Below are positions 53,174 through 63,424 of a stretch of DNA of 64,000 nucleotides, in pieces (within the stretch, counting starts at the first letter, position 1; every line of letters starts with the position of its first letter). The DNA lies in the NCBI GenBank assembly GCA_963815195.1, contig CAWFGE010000018.1, positions 160,001 to 224,000 on the forward strand, given 5' to 3'. The position numbers and the translations under genes were made by a program. Under the pieces are notes generated by a model that was not told where the DNA came from, ran no database searches, and saw only the letters and a list, made by a program, of their open reading frames with translations. The stretch comes from an uncultured Planctomycetaceae bacterium (GTDB taxonomy: Bacteria; Planctomycetota; Planctomycetia; Planctomycetales; Planctomycetaceae).

Positions 53174-55711
53174 ATGAAGAAGATTTTTCTTTTCGTAGAG
53201 TCCGCTGTGCGGACCATCTCGTGGACTCGCGGTTTCGGTCCGCAAAGCGGAGCCTACGGATTATTCCTCATGGCTCTGTTGATCTGCTCCGGATCGCTGC
53301 GGGCTGAGGAGGGCTCCTTTCAAACCACCGTCAAACCGTTTCTCAATACCTATTGCACCAAATGCCACGGGGCGAAGCTTCAGAAGGGGGAACGGCGATT
53401 TGATCAGTTGGCCACGGTAATCGACGGCGACAGCACGCTGGTCGATTATCAGGACATCCTCGATCAACTCAACCTCGGCAACATGCCGCCCCAAAAACAA
53501 AAGCAGCCGACGGATGCCGAGCGGCGAAAAGTCACCCTTTGGCTGACGCGCACGCTGGACACCTATCATCAATCGAAAAAGAGCACCGGCGGGGACGTGG
53601 TGCTCCGGCGGCTGAACTCGCGGGAATACCGGAACACGATCCGCGATCTGCTCCATCTCAACATGACGATGTTCGATCCCACGGTCGATTTCCCCCGCGA
53701 CCAGACAACCGAGCATCTCGACAACGTCGGCGGCACGCTCGTCACGTCCGGGCATTTGCTGGGGCGTTACCTGTCGGCGGCGGATCGGATCGTTCAGAAA
53801 GCGATCTTCCCGCTGGAAAAACCCACCGTCCAGACCTGGGCGTTTCGCGATGGATTTCGCCAGCAGCCGGAGATCGACCAGGTCTATCGCAAGACGAACA
53901 AGTTCGCCTGGATGACTCTGCTCGATGTCGTCGGGGCCGACAAACACGAAGGGGCCTACGGACCGATTCACGCCTTCGCCGACGGCGTGCCTTACGATGG
54001 CTATTACGAAATTCGCTTGAAGGCCGAGGCGGTCAATCGGATCAATCCTTACGATCCCGAATTCCTGGGCCTCGATCCCAAGGAACCCTTGCGGCTCGGA
54101 ATTGTGGCGGGGAATCGGCTCGCCGGCCCATTGCACAAGCCGCAGCCGATGGAGCCGCTCTTGGCGGAACTCGATCTGGCGGATGAGCAGAAATGGTACA
54201 CGGTCCGCGTGTGGCTGGACGCCGGCTTCACGCCGCGGTTCACGTTCCGCAATGGGCTGATGGATGTGCGAAATCTCTACGCCCGCCTGATCAACCGGTA
54301 CAAAGACCAGTTCCCCCAGCGCAAACGGCCCGGGATTGTGGAGAACCGGTTCAATGCCCTGACTTATGGAAAGCTGCCGCAGATTTGCATTCACGAAATC
54401 GAAATCACCGGACCCATCTACGAAGGCTGGCCGCGAAACAGCCAGCGGGCGGTGCTGGGGGACGACTTCGAAACCGTCCTTAAAACGGGAAATCTGAACG
54501 AAGCGGCCATGCGAAAACACCTGACGGCGTTCGCTTCGCGGGCCTACCGCCGGCCGGTTAAGGGAGAGGAAATCGACCGCATCCTCCAGGTCATCGCGGT
54601 CCGTAAAACGGCCGGCAAGCCGGATTTGGAAGCCTATGCCGACGGTTTGAAAACGGTGCTGTGTTCGCCGAACTTTTTGTATCTGGACGAGCCGGCTGGT
54701 GAAACGCTTTCGTCCCACGCCTTGGCGTCGAGGCTCTCGTATTTTCTGTGGTCGTCGATGCCGGATGCGGAACTCCTTAAGCTCGCCGATGACGACAAAC
54801 TTGAGGATCCGAACATTCTCAAAGCCCAGGCCGAGCGAATGCTCGACGATCCGAAGTCCGAAGCTTTTGTGGAGGGCTTTCTCGATAGTTGGTTAACGCT
54901 TCGCGATCTAGGTTCGATGCCGCCGGACCGCGGGAAATTCGCGGAGTTCTATCATTATGATTTAGACTCTGCGATGCGCGAGGAGACGCGGATGTTTACC
55001 CGGCATCTCATCAACGAGAACCTGAGCATCGTCAATTTTTTGGATGCGGATTTCACCTTTGTCAACAAGCCGCTGGCGAGGATGTACGGTCTCAAACCGC
55101 CGGCAGAGAAAGGCTTTCAGAAGGTGAGTTTGCCCGGCGGTCGGCGGGGCGGATTGTTGGGGCAGGCGAGCGTGCTGACGGTGACGGCGAACGGGATCGA
55201 CACGTCGCCCGTGGTGCGCGGAGTGTGGCTTTTGGAGAACATTTTGGGCACACCGCCCAATCCGCCGCCCCCGGATGTCAAGCCTTTGGACCCGGACATC
55301 CGCGGAGCGAAGACGATTCGCGAGCAACTCAAGAAGCACCGCGAAAACCCCAGTTGCTACGACTGCCACCGCAGCATCGATCCCTTGGGGTTTGCTTTGG
55401 AAAACTTCGATCCCATCGGCAACTGGCGGGAAACCTACGGCCGAAGCACAAAAATCGATGCCTCCGGGGAACTGCCCAATGGGAAAACTTTCGAGGACGT
55501 TTCGGGCCTTAAGAAAGTCCTCGTCGCACAACAGGACCAGTTCGCGGCCGCTTTGACCGCAAAACTTTTGGCCTATGCGATGGGCCGGCCCACCGAACCC
55601 GCCGACCGCCCGCGGATCAATCGCATCGTCAAGGAACTCAACCAGCGGGGCGACGGATTTCGCGATCTGATCGAACGAGTCGTCCTCAGCAAACCGTTCC
55701 GCACGAAGTAA
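53174..55711 (+). CDS. Cytochrome c + DUF1587/1595/1592/1588/1585 protein
   Basis: CTKCH, LRRLNSREYRNTIRDL, LASRLSYFLWSSMPD, TSPVVRGVW, CYDCH...IDPLGFALENFD. Confidence 0.92.
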   Translation: MKKIFLFVESAVRTISWTRGFGPQSGAYGLFLMALLICSGSLRAEEGSFQTTVKPFLNTYCTKCHGAKLQKGERRFDQLATVIDGDSTLVDYQDILDQLNLGNMPPQKQKQPTDAERRKVTLWLTRTLDTYHQSKKSTGGDVVLRRLNSREYRNTIRDLLHLNMTMFDPTVDFPRDQTTEHLDNVGGTLVTSGHLLGRYLSAADRIVQKAIFPLEKPTVQTWAFRDGFRQQPEIDQVYRKTNKFAWMTLLDVVGADKHEGAYGPIHAFADGVPYDGYYEIRLKAEAVNRINPYDPEFLGLDPKEPLRLGIVAGNRLAGPLHKPQPMEPLLAELDLADEQKWYTVRVWLDAGFTPRFTFRNGLMDVRNLYARLINRYKDQFPQRKRPGIVENRFNALTYGKLPQICIHEIEITGPIYEGWPRNSQRAVLGDDFETVLKTGNLNEAAMRKHLTAFASRAYRRPVKGEEIDRILQVIAVRKTAGKPDLEAYADGLKTVLCSPNFLYLDEPAGETLSSHALASRLSYFLWSSMPDAELLKLADDDKLEDPNILKAQAERMLDDPKSEAFVEGFLDSWLTLRDLGSMPPDRGKFAEFYHYDLDSAMREETRMFTRHLINENLSIVNFLDADFTFVNKPLARMYGLKPPAEKGFQKVSLPGGRRGGLLGQASVLTVTANGIDTSPVVRGVWLLENILGTPPNPPPPDVKPLDPDIRGAKTIREQLKKHRENPSCYDCHRSIDPLGFALENFDPIGNWRETYGRSTKIDASGELPNGKTFEDVSGLKKVLVAQQDQFAAALTAKLLAYAMGRPTEPADRPRINRIVKELNQRGDGFRDLIERVVLSKPFRTK

Positions 55712-55736
55712 TGCCGGTTGTTGATCGGAAAACTGG

Positions 55737-56783
55737 TTACCGGTTACCAGCGGTGCCCCGATCCTGTTTCCGCGTGGTTTGGGTCGACTCGCCTCCAAAC
55801 GAGGGATGTTGAAACGGCGAAGGCGGGATGCTTACGGTTTGGTCCTTCGCATAAACCTCGGACGCGATGAGGGCCGGCTCGTTGTTGATGCGTCCGGGAT
55901 GCCCGAGGACGCGGACTTCGTCGCCCTTCTTGAGGTTCAGGCTGTCGAGCTTGGAACCCGGTCCGAGGTTGATGATTTTGGTGTTCCCGTTGACGAGTTC
56001 GACGTGGGCGACCAGGAACTCGCCTTCCCGGCCGCGGAAGCGCCGGCGGTCCACTCGTTCGATCGTGCCCCGCACCCGGTGCAGATTTTGAGATTCGGGA
56101 GGCGTCACATCGACCGTTTTGCCTTCGGCGCTGACCTTGTGGGCGAACAACACCGGCCGGTTATTCAGGCGATGCTGCTCGCCTTCGACCGTCACGATGT
56201 TGCCTTTTGTGAGATCCAGTTCCTTGAGATCTTTCCGCGTTCCCAACACCACCGGCACAGTTTTGTCGCGTTCCGTGTGCATCCGGGCCATCACGAACTT
56301 GTCGCCGTCGTGTCCGAACAAGGTGAATTCCTTTTGATCTTCAATCCGGCCCTGGATTTCCACCATCTGGTCTTTCCGCCGCGGCTCGAAAATGTTCTCC
56401 CGGCTGCCCTGGCGGCGGCCGCTTTGTTCCCGGGCCTGCATCAGGTCGAGATAATAGATCGTTTCCTTGCTGTCGATCCGCCCGTCGCGGTCATAGTCGG
56501 CATAAATCGTCACCCAGCCGCCGGGGGCGATTACGATCGGCCGCTGCTTGCCGTTCTGCTCTTGCGAAGCTTGGCCGAGGTCCTCCTCAATTTGTTCCCG
56601 GGCCGTTTGCAGACGATCCTGCTGTTGAGTCTTTTGTTTATTCTGCGTCGCTTGCTGGTTTGGCGCTCGGTTGGCGTTGTTGTCATTCTGTGGAGCGTTT
56701 ACGTTCTCTTGCGAATAAGCCGGAGCGGCGATCAGCGCGATCGCCAATCCGGTCATTATGTTGGTTAGTCGCATGTGCTTCAT
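55737..56783 (-). CDS. Exported protein with EF-hand-like loop and two OB-fold-like repeats
   Basis: Signal peptide, DYDRDGRID, two repeats of G.I..-V.LG-L..G..V.V.G-L.A..V. Confidence 0.7.
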   Translation of the reverse strand: MKHMRLTNIMTGLAIALIAAPAYSQENVNAPQNDNNANRAPNQQATQNKQKTQQQDRLQTAREQIEEDLGQASQEQNGKQRPIVIAPGGWVTIYADYDRDGRIDSKETIYYLDLMQAREQSGRRQGSRENIFEPRRKDQMVEIQGRIEDQKEFTLFGHDGDKFVMARMHTERDKTVPVVLGTRKDLKELDLTKGNIVTVEGEQHRLNNRPVLFAHKVSAEGKTVDVTPPESQNLHRVRGTIERVDRRRFRGREGEFLVAHVELVNGNTKIINLGPGSKLDSLNLKKGDEVRVLGHPGRINNEPALIASEVYAKDQTVSIPPSPFQHPSFGGESTQTTRKQDRGTAGNR

Positions 56784-56924
56784 GGACTCATCTCCCTCTT
56801 ATAGTTCAACCTGGTCAAGTCTTGATCGATCCTAGTTCGATTTGATTTGCGAAGAACCGGGGCTAGCGCCCTGCGGCCAATTCTTTCGGCCCCTCGTTTT
56901 TGGTCTGACGCAGCCCTCGATAAA

Positions 56925-57470
56925 TTAATGCCACTTTTCAACCCCGCCGGTCGTTTGATACCAGTCTTTGGTATAGTGGGACGGCGGCTCCTTGGGGTAG
57001 GGGACGGGATTGGCATTGCGGCGATTGACGGTGTTATAGCCGTTGTGGTTTTCATAATAGTAGTTGTCATACCCGTAGGGCTCCTCATACAGCGTGCGAG
57101 CCCCGTCGTAACGCGGGTAGGGTCCGTAAAACCGCGCTCCTCCATATTCGTTCGGCGCGAGTGCCGGCCCAAACGACGTGTAGTCTCCGTGGGAATAGTA
57201 GGAAGGGTAGTGGTTTCGGATATACGTCCCATAGAACTTCGGATAATAGTGGCCCGTGTAGGGGTCGTAAGCCGTATCGGTATAGGCGCCGACGCCTTCG
57301 AACTTGTCGAAGTAGAAATCGTCATAGTCATTGTAGTAGGGGGCCGTGCCGTACCATTCGGTTTCATCGTAAACCCGGGCCTGGCCGGGACCCGCCATTG
57401 CAGTCAACAAGAGAGGAATGGCGAGTGCCGGGAGGGTCCATGCGGCAACAGCGTAGATTGGGCGTTTCAT
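56925..57470 (-). CDS. Exported Tyr-rich low-complexity protein
   Basis: GGAGG RBS, signal peptide, Tyr/Gly/Asp/Pro-rich mature region. Confidence 0.7.
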   Translation of the reverse strand: MKRPIYAVAAWTLPALAIPLLLTAMAGPGQARVYDETEWYGTAPYYNDYDDFYFDKFEGVGAYTDTAYDPYTGHYYPKFYGTYIRNHYPSYYSHGDYTSFGPALAPNEYGGARFYGPYPRYDGARTLYEEPYGYDNYYYENHNGYNTVNRRNANPVPYPKEPPSHYTKDWYQTTGGVEKWH

Positions 57471-57778
57471 AATAACCTCCGTTTGGATTGTTAAAGACAG
57501 TATTTGGTGGCGAGCCTGTCGAGAATCTGCTCAAGCACCAGCGCGGGGCTTGAACATCTTCGTACTCGCTCGCAGCGTGTCGAGGCCCGCGGATTAGGAG
57601 CACTTTAGAACGTGTCCCCATTCCCCTGGATGAATTGTACTCAACAGGGAAGCCTTCCCTATCCGAATCCCGCCGGATCGATCGCTGGGTCATCTCACCA
57701 ACCGAAAACGGGGTGCGTTCCTACCTCGCCTGGGTTGGAGTCGGTTTTTTTCCCACGCGTCGAATTGGGCACGTCGTT

Positions 57779-59248
57779 TTAATCTCGCAGGACGGTCTTG
57801 AGTGCCGCGCGGGCGGCGTGGTAGCCGCACATGCCGTGCACGCCGCCGCCCGGGGGCGTGGAGGACGAGCAAATAAACAGCCGGGGATTGGGCGTCGCGT
57901 AGGGATTCCATAAACCCGCCGGGCGGGTGAAGAGTTGGCCGAGATCCATCACGCCGCCCGTGATGTCCCCGCCGATGTAGTTGGCGTTGTAGGCCTGGAA
58001 GTCGCCGGGGGCCATGACGTGGCGGGCGAGAATCCGCTCGCGAAAGCCGGGGGCAAAGCGTTCGATTTGGCGTTCGATGCGGTCCGTCATATCGACCGTG
58101 GAACCCGGCGGGACGTGGCAGTAGGCCCACCCCGTATGCCGGCCGGCGGGAGCGCGGGTGTCGTCGAACAAACTCTGCTGGGCGACGAGCAAAAACGGCC
58201 GCTCGGCCACGCGGTTTTCCCACGCCGCCCGCTCCGCGTCCGCAACGTCGGCGAGCGGGCCGCCCACGTGCACCGTGGAGGCCTTTAAACATTCCAGGGC
58301 TTTCCAGGGAATCGGGCCGTCCAACGCCCAATCGACTTTGAACACCCCCGGTCCGTAGCGGAATTTGTTCAACTTCTTGCGGTAGGATTCGGGCAGTTCA
58401 CTCCCGGCGATCTCGGAAATCTGACGAGGCGTGAGATCGAAGAGCACTATCCGCGAGTCGGGCACATCGCTTAAATGAGCAACCGGCGAAGACACCACAA
58501 TCTCTCCGCCCAAATGGATGAGGTATTTCGCCATCGCGGTCGTGATGGACTGCGAACCGCCCTTGGCGACCGGCCAGCCCACGGCATGCGCGGTGAGGCC
58601 GAGCATTAACGCCACCGCCGCGGTGAAGCTTTTTTCCAAAGGCAGCACCGAATGGGCCGCCATGCCCGCGAACAATCCCTTGGCGTGTTCGCCGCGAAAC
58701 CAGCGGTTCGCCAGTCCCGAGGCCGACTGCATCGCCCGCAGGCCGAAGCGCATCATCAACAGCGGATGCCGGGGCGGCCGAAACGGGCCTAATGTTTCCG
58801 CCAACAAGGCCTCGGCATGTTCGACCAACGGCCGGAAGAGTTTGCCGTACCGCGGGCCGTCTTCCCCCAAGCGTTCCACGGTCTCGTCGAGCGAACGATA
58901 GGCCACGGCGGCGGTGCCGTCGTCAAACGGCTGAGCCAGGGACGCCGGCGGATCGCACCATTCCAGGCCCCACTCCGCAAGCGGCAGCGAACGAAAGAAC
59001 GGCGAAGACACCGCCAGCGGATGCACCGCCGAGCACACATCGTGAAAGAAACCGGGTTCGGTCAATTCCGCCGTCCGCGTGCCCCCGCCGATGGTGTCTT
59101 TGGCTTCCAGCACGAGCACCGATCGCCCGGCTTTCGCCAATACGGTCGCAGCGGCGAGTCCATTGGGACCGGAACCGACCACGACGGCATCGTAATCGTT
59201 CCGCCGAGGCGCCTTAGCCCATTCCAAACTGGACGCAGAGGTTGTCAC
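57779..59248 (-). CDS. Phytoene desaturase-family FAD-dependent oxidoreductase
   Basis: DAVVVGSGPNGLAAA, HDVCSAVHP, NANYIGGDI, STPPGGGVHGMCG. Confidence 0.9.
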   Translation of the reverse strand: MTTSASSLEWAKAPRRNDYDAVVVGSGPNGLAAATVLAKAGRSVLVLEAKDTIGGGTRTAELTEPGFFHDVCSAVHPLAVSSPFFRSLPLAEWGLEWCDPPASLAQPFDDGTAAVAYRSLDETVERLGEDGPRYGKLFRPLVEHAEALLAETLGPFRPPRHPLLMMRFGLRAMQSASGLANRWFRGEHAKGLFAGMAAHSVLPLEKSFTAAVALMLGLTAHAVGWPVAKGGSQSITTAMAKYLIHLGGEIVVSSPVAHLSDVPDSRIVLFDLTPRQISEIAGSELPESYRKKLNKFRYGPGVFKVDWALDGPIPWKALECLKASTVHVGGPLADVADAERAAWENRVAERPFLLVAQQSLFDDTRAPAGRHTGWAYCHVPPGSTVDMTDRIERQIERFAPGFRERILARHVMAPGDFQAYNANYIGGDITGGVMDLGQLFTRPAGLWNPYATPNPRLFICSSSTPPGGGVHGMCGYHAARAALKTVLRD

Positions 59249-59485
59249 CGGTTGTTCCTTTCCAACCCAAAGACGAATAACGCTTGATGATTGTTGATAT
59301 TCAAAGGACAAAGTGAAAGACAGATCCAAATAGTTTTGGGTTTTTGGGGAGCCGATGTCCGCGTCCCGATGTCCCCATCTTCCGTTTTGGGTTTCGAGAT
59401 TCGGATCGGGGTTTGTATCATCGGGGGAGTGACCGCATGGCTGGGACACGTTTCACTAAGATTTTGTCGATTCCGAGAAAACTGC

Positions 59486-60547
59486 ATGATTCGCCGCGAT
59501 GGGGATGTGGGTTGGATTCTGATTTCGCAGGTAGATCACGCGCATCTGGCGGCGGAGATGGCGGCCGTGTGGGGGAGCGGACGCACCCCCGGCTTGCCGG
59601 AGCCTGAGTTGCTTTTACCCGCCATTCGCGATCACGACGAAGGTTGGCGGGAATGGGAACGCCTGCCGGACATCGACCCCGAAACGCATTTCCCGCGAAA
59701 CTTCACCGAAATGCCCGCCGCCGATGCCACGCGGATTTGGACGCGGAGCATCGAAACCTGCCGGCGGGGCCGGCAGTCGATCGTGGCTTCGGTCGATGAG
59801 TTCAGGCGGTTTTTGGCGCTGGCGGGCAAACGGCTGTCGCACGAGCGGGCGATCGTGGCCGAGGAAGTCTTTTCCAGCCGGGAAGCGTTTTCCACGGACG
59901 ATCTCATCGAACGTTTGCCCCAGCGGGACGATGGCCGGCGGGTGTCGCGGTCCTCAGTGTACCGCACGCTGGCCTTGATGGAAGAAGCCCGGCTCTTGCG
60001 GAAAGTCTCGATGGGAACCTACCGCGACGCTTACGAGCAAACCCGCCAGATCGGGGCCGGCTCCGCCTTGGGGGGGATTTGGGTCAGCAAGCATTTTGCG
60101 TTCCTGGCCGAGCGGGGCCTGAAACATCATCCGCCCGGAACGGCGGACCATCAGGCGTTCCTGGAGTTTTTGGAGCAAGAACGCCGGCACCAAAAACAGT
60201 GGGGGGCGGAAGTCGCGCGGGATCGCGGAATCGCCGAGGCGGAGGGGCTGATCGAAGCGGGCTTTCGCTGGGTGCAGTTGTTCGACGTCTTCAGCCTCTG
60301 GCTTTGTTGCCGGGAGCGCAGGGAGACCGAAGCCTTCGAACTGCCCGGAGGCGGAACGGTGCATTTCACGCCGCTAAAGTCCGGCGAGTTCGCCGTCGAG
60401 CCGTTTCCCTTCAGCGTGAATGAGTTGAAGCTGGAAGTTTTTGCGAAGCGGGTGGGCAAAAAAGAGTTCCCCAACCGCGAGGCGTTTCAGTCCGCCTTCG
60501 ATCAAGCGGCCCGCGAAAGGCTGAACTGGAAACTCGTGCCCTGGTGA
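59486..60547 (+). CDS. DUF3891-family protein with an inserted Fur-type winged-helix domain
   Basis: ISQVDHAHLA, HDEGW, PRNFTEM; insert RLSHERAIVAEEVF...VSRSSVYRTLALMEEARLLRKV; then VSKHF, FDVFSLWLCC, VEPFPF. Confidence 0.8.
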   Translation: MIRRDGDVGWILISQVDHAHLAAEMAAVWGSGRTPGLPEPELLLPAIRDHDEGWREWERLPDIDPETHFPRNFTEMPAADATRIWTRSIETCRRGRQSIVASVDEFRRFLALAGKRLSHERAIVAEEVFSSREAFSTDDLIERLPQRDDGRRVSRSSVYRTLALMEEARLLRKVSMGTYRDAYEQTRQIGAGSALGGIWVSKHFAFLAERGLKHHPPGTADHQAFLEFLEQERRHQKQWGAEVARDRGIAEAEGLIEAGFRWVQLFDVFSLWLCCRERRETEAFELPGGGTVHFTPLKSGEFAVEPFPFSVNELKLEVFAKRVGKKEFPNREAFQSAFDQAARERLNWKLVPW

Positions 60548-60568
60548 CAGACTGATGAATCCTTCGCG

Positions 60569-61195
60569 TTAATGCTCGTGGACCGAGGCGCGGAAGTGCG
60601 TGTTTTGCACGGGGATCAGGACGTCCAGGATCTGCCGGAGCACTTCGGCGGGAGACTGCATGGCGTCCACCTCGAAGATCATCTCCGCGGGGTAATATTC
60701 GAGCACGGGCTTGGATTGCTCGTGGTACACCGCAAACCGCCGGCGAATGATGTGCTCGTTGGCGTCATCCACGCGGTTCTCGCGGATGGCCCGCCGTTTG
60801 ATGCGGTGGATCATCTGCTCCTCGTCGCTGCAAATCAATCGAACCACCCGCAGCACGTGCACGTCGGCTTCCAGGAGATCCGCCTGGCGGCTGTTGCGGG
60901 GAATGCCGTCGAGCACCAGCAAATCTTCGTAAGGCTTATACGCGGTGACGCCGATCTGCCCTTGGAGGCCTTTTTTCCAGATGGTCATGGTGACTTCATC
61001 GGGAACAAGCCGGCCCTGGGAGATGTAGCGATAAACTTCTTTGCCTTCGGGCGAGCCGATTTCGAGCGAGCGAAACACATCCCCGCTGGAGAGATGAAAG
61101 AAGCCGGGGATATTTCCCAGGATCCGGCCCTGGGTTCCCTTGCCGACGCCGGGCGGTCCGAACAAGAGGACCGCGGAATGTTTTTTTTCCGCCAT
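60569..61195 (-). CDS. adk: Adenylate kinase family protein
   Basis: LFGPPGVGKGTQ, HLSSGDVFR, GRLVPDE, LDGIPRN, short LID (NRVDD). Confidence 0.88.
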   Translation of the reverse strand: MAEKKHSAVLLFGPPGVGKGTQGRILGNIPGFFHLSSGDVFRSLEIGSPEGKEVYRYISQGRLVPDEVTMTIWKKGLQGQIGVTAYKPYEDLLVLDGIPRNSRQADLLEADVHVLRVVRLICSDEEQMIHRIKRRAIRENRVDDANEHIIRRRFAVYHEQSKPVLEYYPAEMIFEVDAMQSPAEVLRQILDVLIPVQNTHFRASVHEH

Positions 61196-61333
61196 GTTTT
61201 GCCTTCACCTGAGAATGAGGCGAGATCTCGGTCTCCCGCGGAGGGAGCGACAGCCAAACCGACCATTTTAACCAGTGCCCCCAGGCCTCTCAACAGCCAG
61301 CGTTTTCCGATTTCAGTGGTTCCGAAAAAGCCT

Positions 61334-61403
61334 GAGCCGCGCACGAAGTCAGCGGTCTTGCGTTGTCTGGATCTCTGAAAACCGCTGACTTCGTGCGCGG
61401 CTC
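61334..61403. repeat. REP doublet (GAGCCGCGCACG family)
   Basis: GAGCCGCGCACGAAGTCAGCGGT / ACCGCTGACTTCGTGCGCGGCTC. Confidence 0.85.
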
Positions 61404-61509
61404 TTGAAAACCAAACCAATTTCTTGAGCTTTTTGGAACGACTGAATTTTTTTGCGGTGTCGATCGGCCAATGGGTGCTTGGGTGGGGGGACTTCGCCGC
61501 GAAGCGGGT

Positions 61510-62916
61510 TCACATGTTAGTTTTCGCATCCGCCACGTCGCCCAGGACGCTGCTGAGCGCCGCATTCAGGAAGGCATCGTTCTCGTGGGTTTTCGAATAG
61601 ATCCGGAAGATCGAAAAACTCGTGGGCAAGGAGCGGAAGAGTTCATCGTCGGACAGAACTTGCGGCGTGCCGGTGGTCGGGTCGAGCACGAAGTTCTGTC
61701 CGCCGGCGGGGAGTTGCGAACTCGGCCGATGATAATGCCGGGCCACGTCGATGCCCAGCGGAATCTCCTTGAGATCCACCGGCAAAAGCCGGCGAACCCG
61801 CCGCTCGATCAGTTCCGGTTCGGAGAAGATCGTGGTCCGCTCCGATGCCCCGGCCCGAAAATAGACGGTGCGCTCGCAGGCCATCTTCCAGGAGATTTTC
61901 CGCGCCAAAATATCCTGCCATTCTTCGCCCAAAGCCCGGCGTTTGGGATCGTCGCTGAGCGAGAGCCGTTGCACATCGACGAGGAACGACGACTCGGTGA
62001 ACCGCCGGTAATCGTCCAAATGCTCAAGCGGATTCCCGGGGAACAGGTATTCCATCGTCTGCGGGAAAAGCTCTTCGAGGGCCAAATCCAGGGCGCGCAC
62101 CGTGCGGTGAAAATAAATGATGCGGAACAAATTCGCCCGCGTCTCGATGAAGTTGACCAGCGCCGAGAGCCCGCGAACGTGGATCGTCAATCCCGCCGGT
62201 GTGAAGAAACTATAATGCAGCAGCCTTGAGACATCGAAGGCCTTGGTGTTGTAGCCGGACATGTACGCGTCCCGCAGCACGAAGTCCATGTTGTCCACGG
62301 TATAGATCCCGCTGAAGAGCGCCCGCAGCTTGATGAGCCAATCGGGATGGCCGGCTTCGGTGTCGGCTCCGGGTGGCGGGCGGCGGATGAGCCACGCGAT
62401 TTGGCGCGGCTCCAATTCTTCGAGCGGCTTCATCTTGCCGAAGGGGCAGCGGCGAATCCTGCGGAGCAAGTCGCCCAGCTCGTGCTCGACGATATGGGCT
62501 CCGATGTCCTCGTGGGTGATGTTCCACCGGCTGAGGTAATGGTCGTCGAAGAAGTGCCCGAACGGGCCGTGCCCCACATCATGGAGCAACGCCGCCATCC
62601 GCACCAGGCATTCGACATAAGCCCGCGACGGCACGTTCAAGCAGGCGTCCGTCAGCGAATCGTACCAGCTTTCGACGACCCGCGAGCCGAGGTGCATCGC
62701 CCCCAACACGTGCTGAAACCGCATATGCTCCGCCGACGGAAACACCCACCACGCGGTCTGCAGTTGATGGATATGCCGGAGCCGTTGCACCCAGGGATGA
62801 TCGAGAATCTCCCCCTCGGCGGCTTCCTCGTCCGGCAAGTCGCCCGCGGAGATAAAGGGAATATACCCGTGAATGGGGTCGTGCGATAAACTTTCCGTGG
62901 TAAAATCGCGAACCAT
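61510..62916 (-). CDS. HD-domain phosphohydrolase (dNTPase/SAMHD1-like family)
   Basis: DPIHGYI, QRLRHIHQL, AEHMRFQHVLG, LLHDVGHGPFGH, VDNMDFVLRD, YFHRTVR. Confidence 0.9.
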   Translation of the reverse strand: MVRDFTTESLSHDPIHGYIPFISAGDLPDEEAAEGEILDHPWVQRLRHIHQLQTAWWVFPSAEHMRFQHVLGAMHLGSRVVESWYDSLTDACLNVPSRAYVECLVRMAALLHDVGHGPFGHFFDDHYLSRWNITHEDIGAHIVEHELGDLLRRIRRCPFGKMKPLEELEPRQIAWLIRRPPPGADTEAGHPDWLIKLRALFSGIYTVDNMDFVLRDAYMSGYNTKAFDVSRLLHYSFFTPAGLTIHVRGLSALVNFIETRANLFRIIYFHRTVRALDLALEELFPQTMEYLFPGNPLEHLDDYRRFTESSFLVDVQRLSLSDDPKRRALGEEWQDILARKISWKMACERTVYFRAGASERTTIFSEPELIERRVRRLLPVDLKEIPLGIDVARHYHRPSSQLPAGGQNFVLDPTTGTPQVLSDDELFRSLPTSFSIFRIYSKTHENDAFLNAALSSVLGDVADAKTNM

Positions 62917-63025
62917 GAAAACGCTCCTGAGATGCCCGGCGAGATTTCGCCTCCATTTCAGGTATCCTAGCGGTCAGCCGGTTGGCGGACAATTGCACTG
63001 GCTCATGCAGACATTCTTCGGAGCG

Positions 63026-63223
63026 AAGCGCAAGCGAGGGAATCACTTATTCCCTCGCTTGCGCTTTTTGAAGTTGCGGTTTTCCGGAGTCGCGAAGTCG
63101 CGAAGCGACGGAAGCATATAGCCGTTGGCGTCAGCTCACGGAAACAGGACCAAAAGGAATCGAGAGCCGCGAAGCGGCGGCAGCACAATTTGTTCCAACG
63201 CTTGTTGTCGCCGCTTCGCGGCT
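63026..63223. repeat. Cluster of two REP-like palindromes
   Basis: Perfect 18-bp IR AAGCGCAAGCGAGGGAAT (63026-63066); AGCCGCGAAGCGGCG / CGCCGCTTCGCGGCT (63165-63223). Confidence 0.8.
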
Positions 63224-63424
63224 GCCGAGGCGCAACTTAAAATCTTGCGCTTCGGGCTCATGTTTTTTCTCCGAATTCTTTTGGTTCTTCAAAACTGTCC
63301 CACGACCGCATTCCTGTCTGTGCCGCCTTTTGCCCTTGAAAGTTTTTGGTGAGGATTGCAGCCGGCGCGGGCACAAACGACAATTCCGTTATCTTCTCCC
63401 CAACTCCACAAGCGTGAGTATTCC

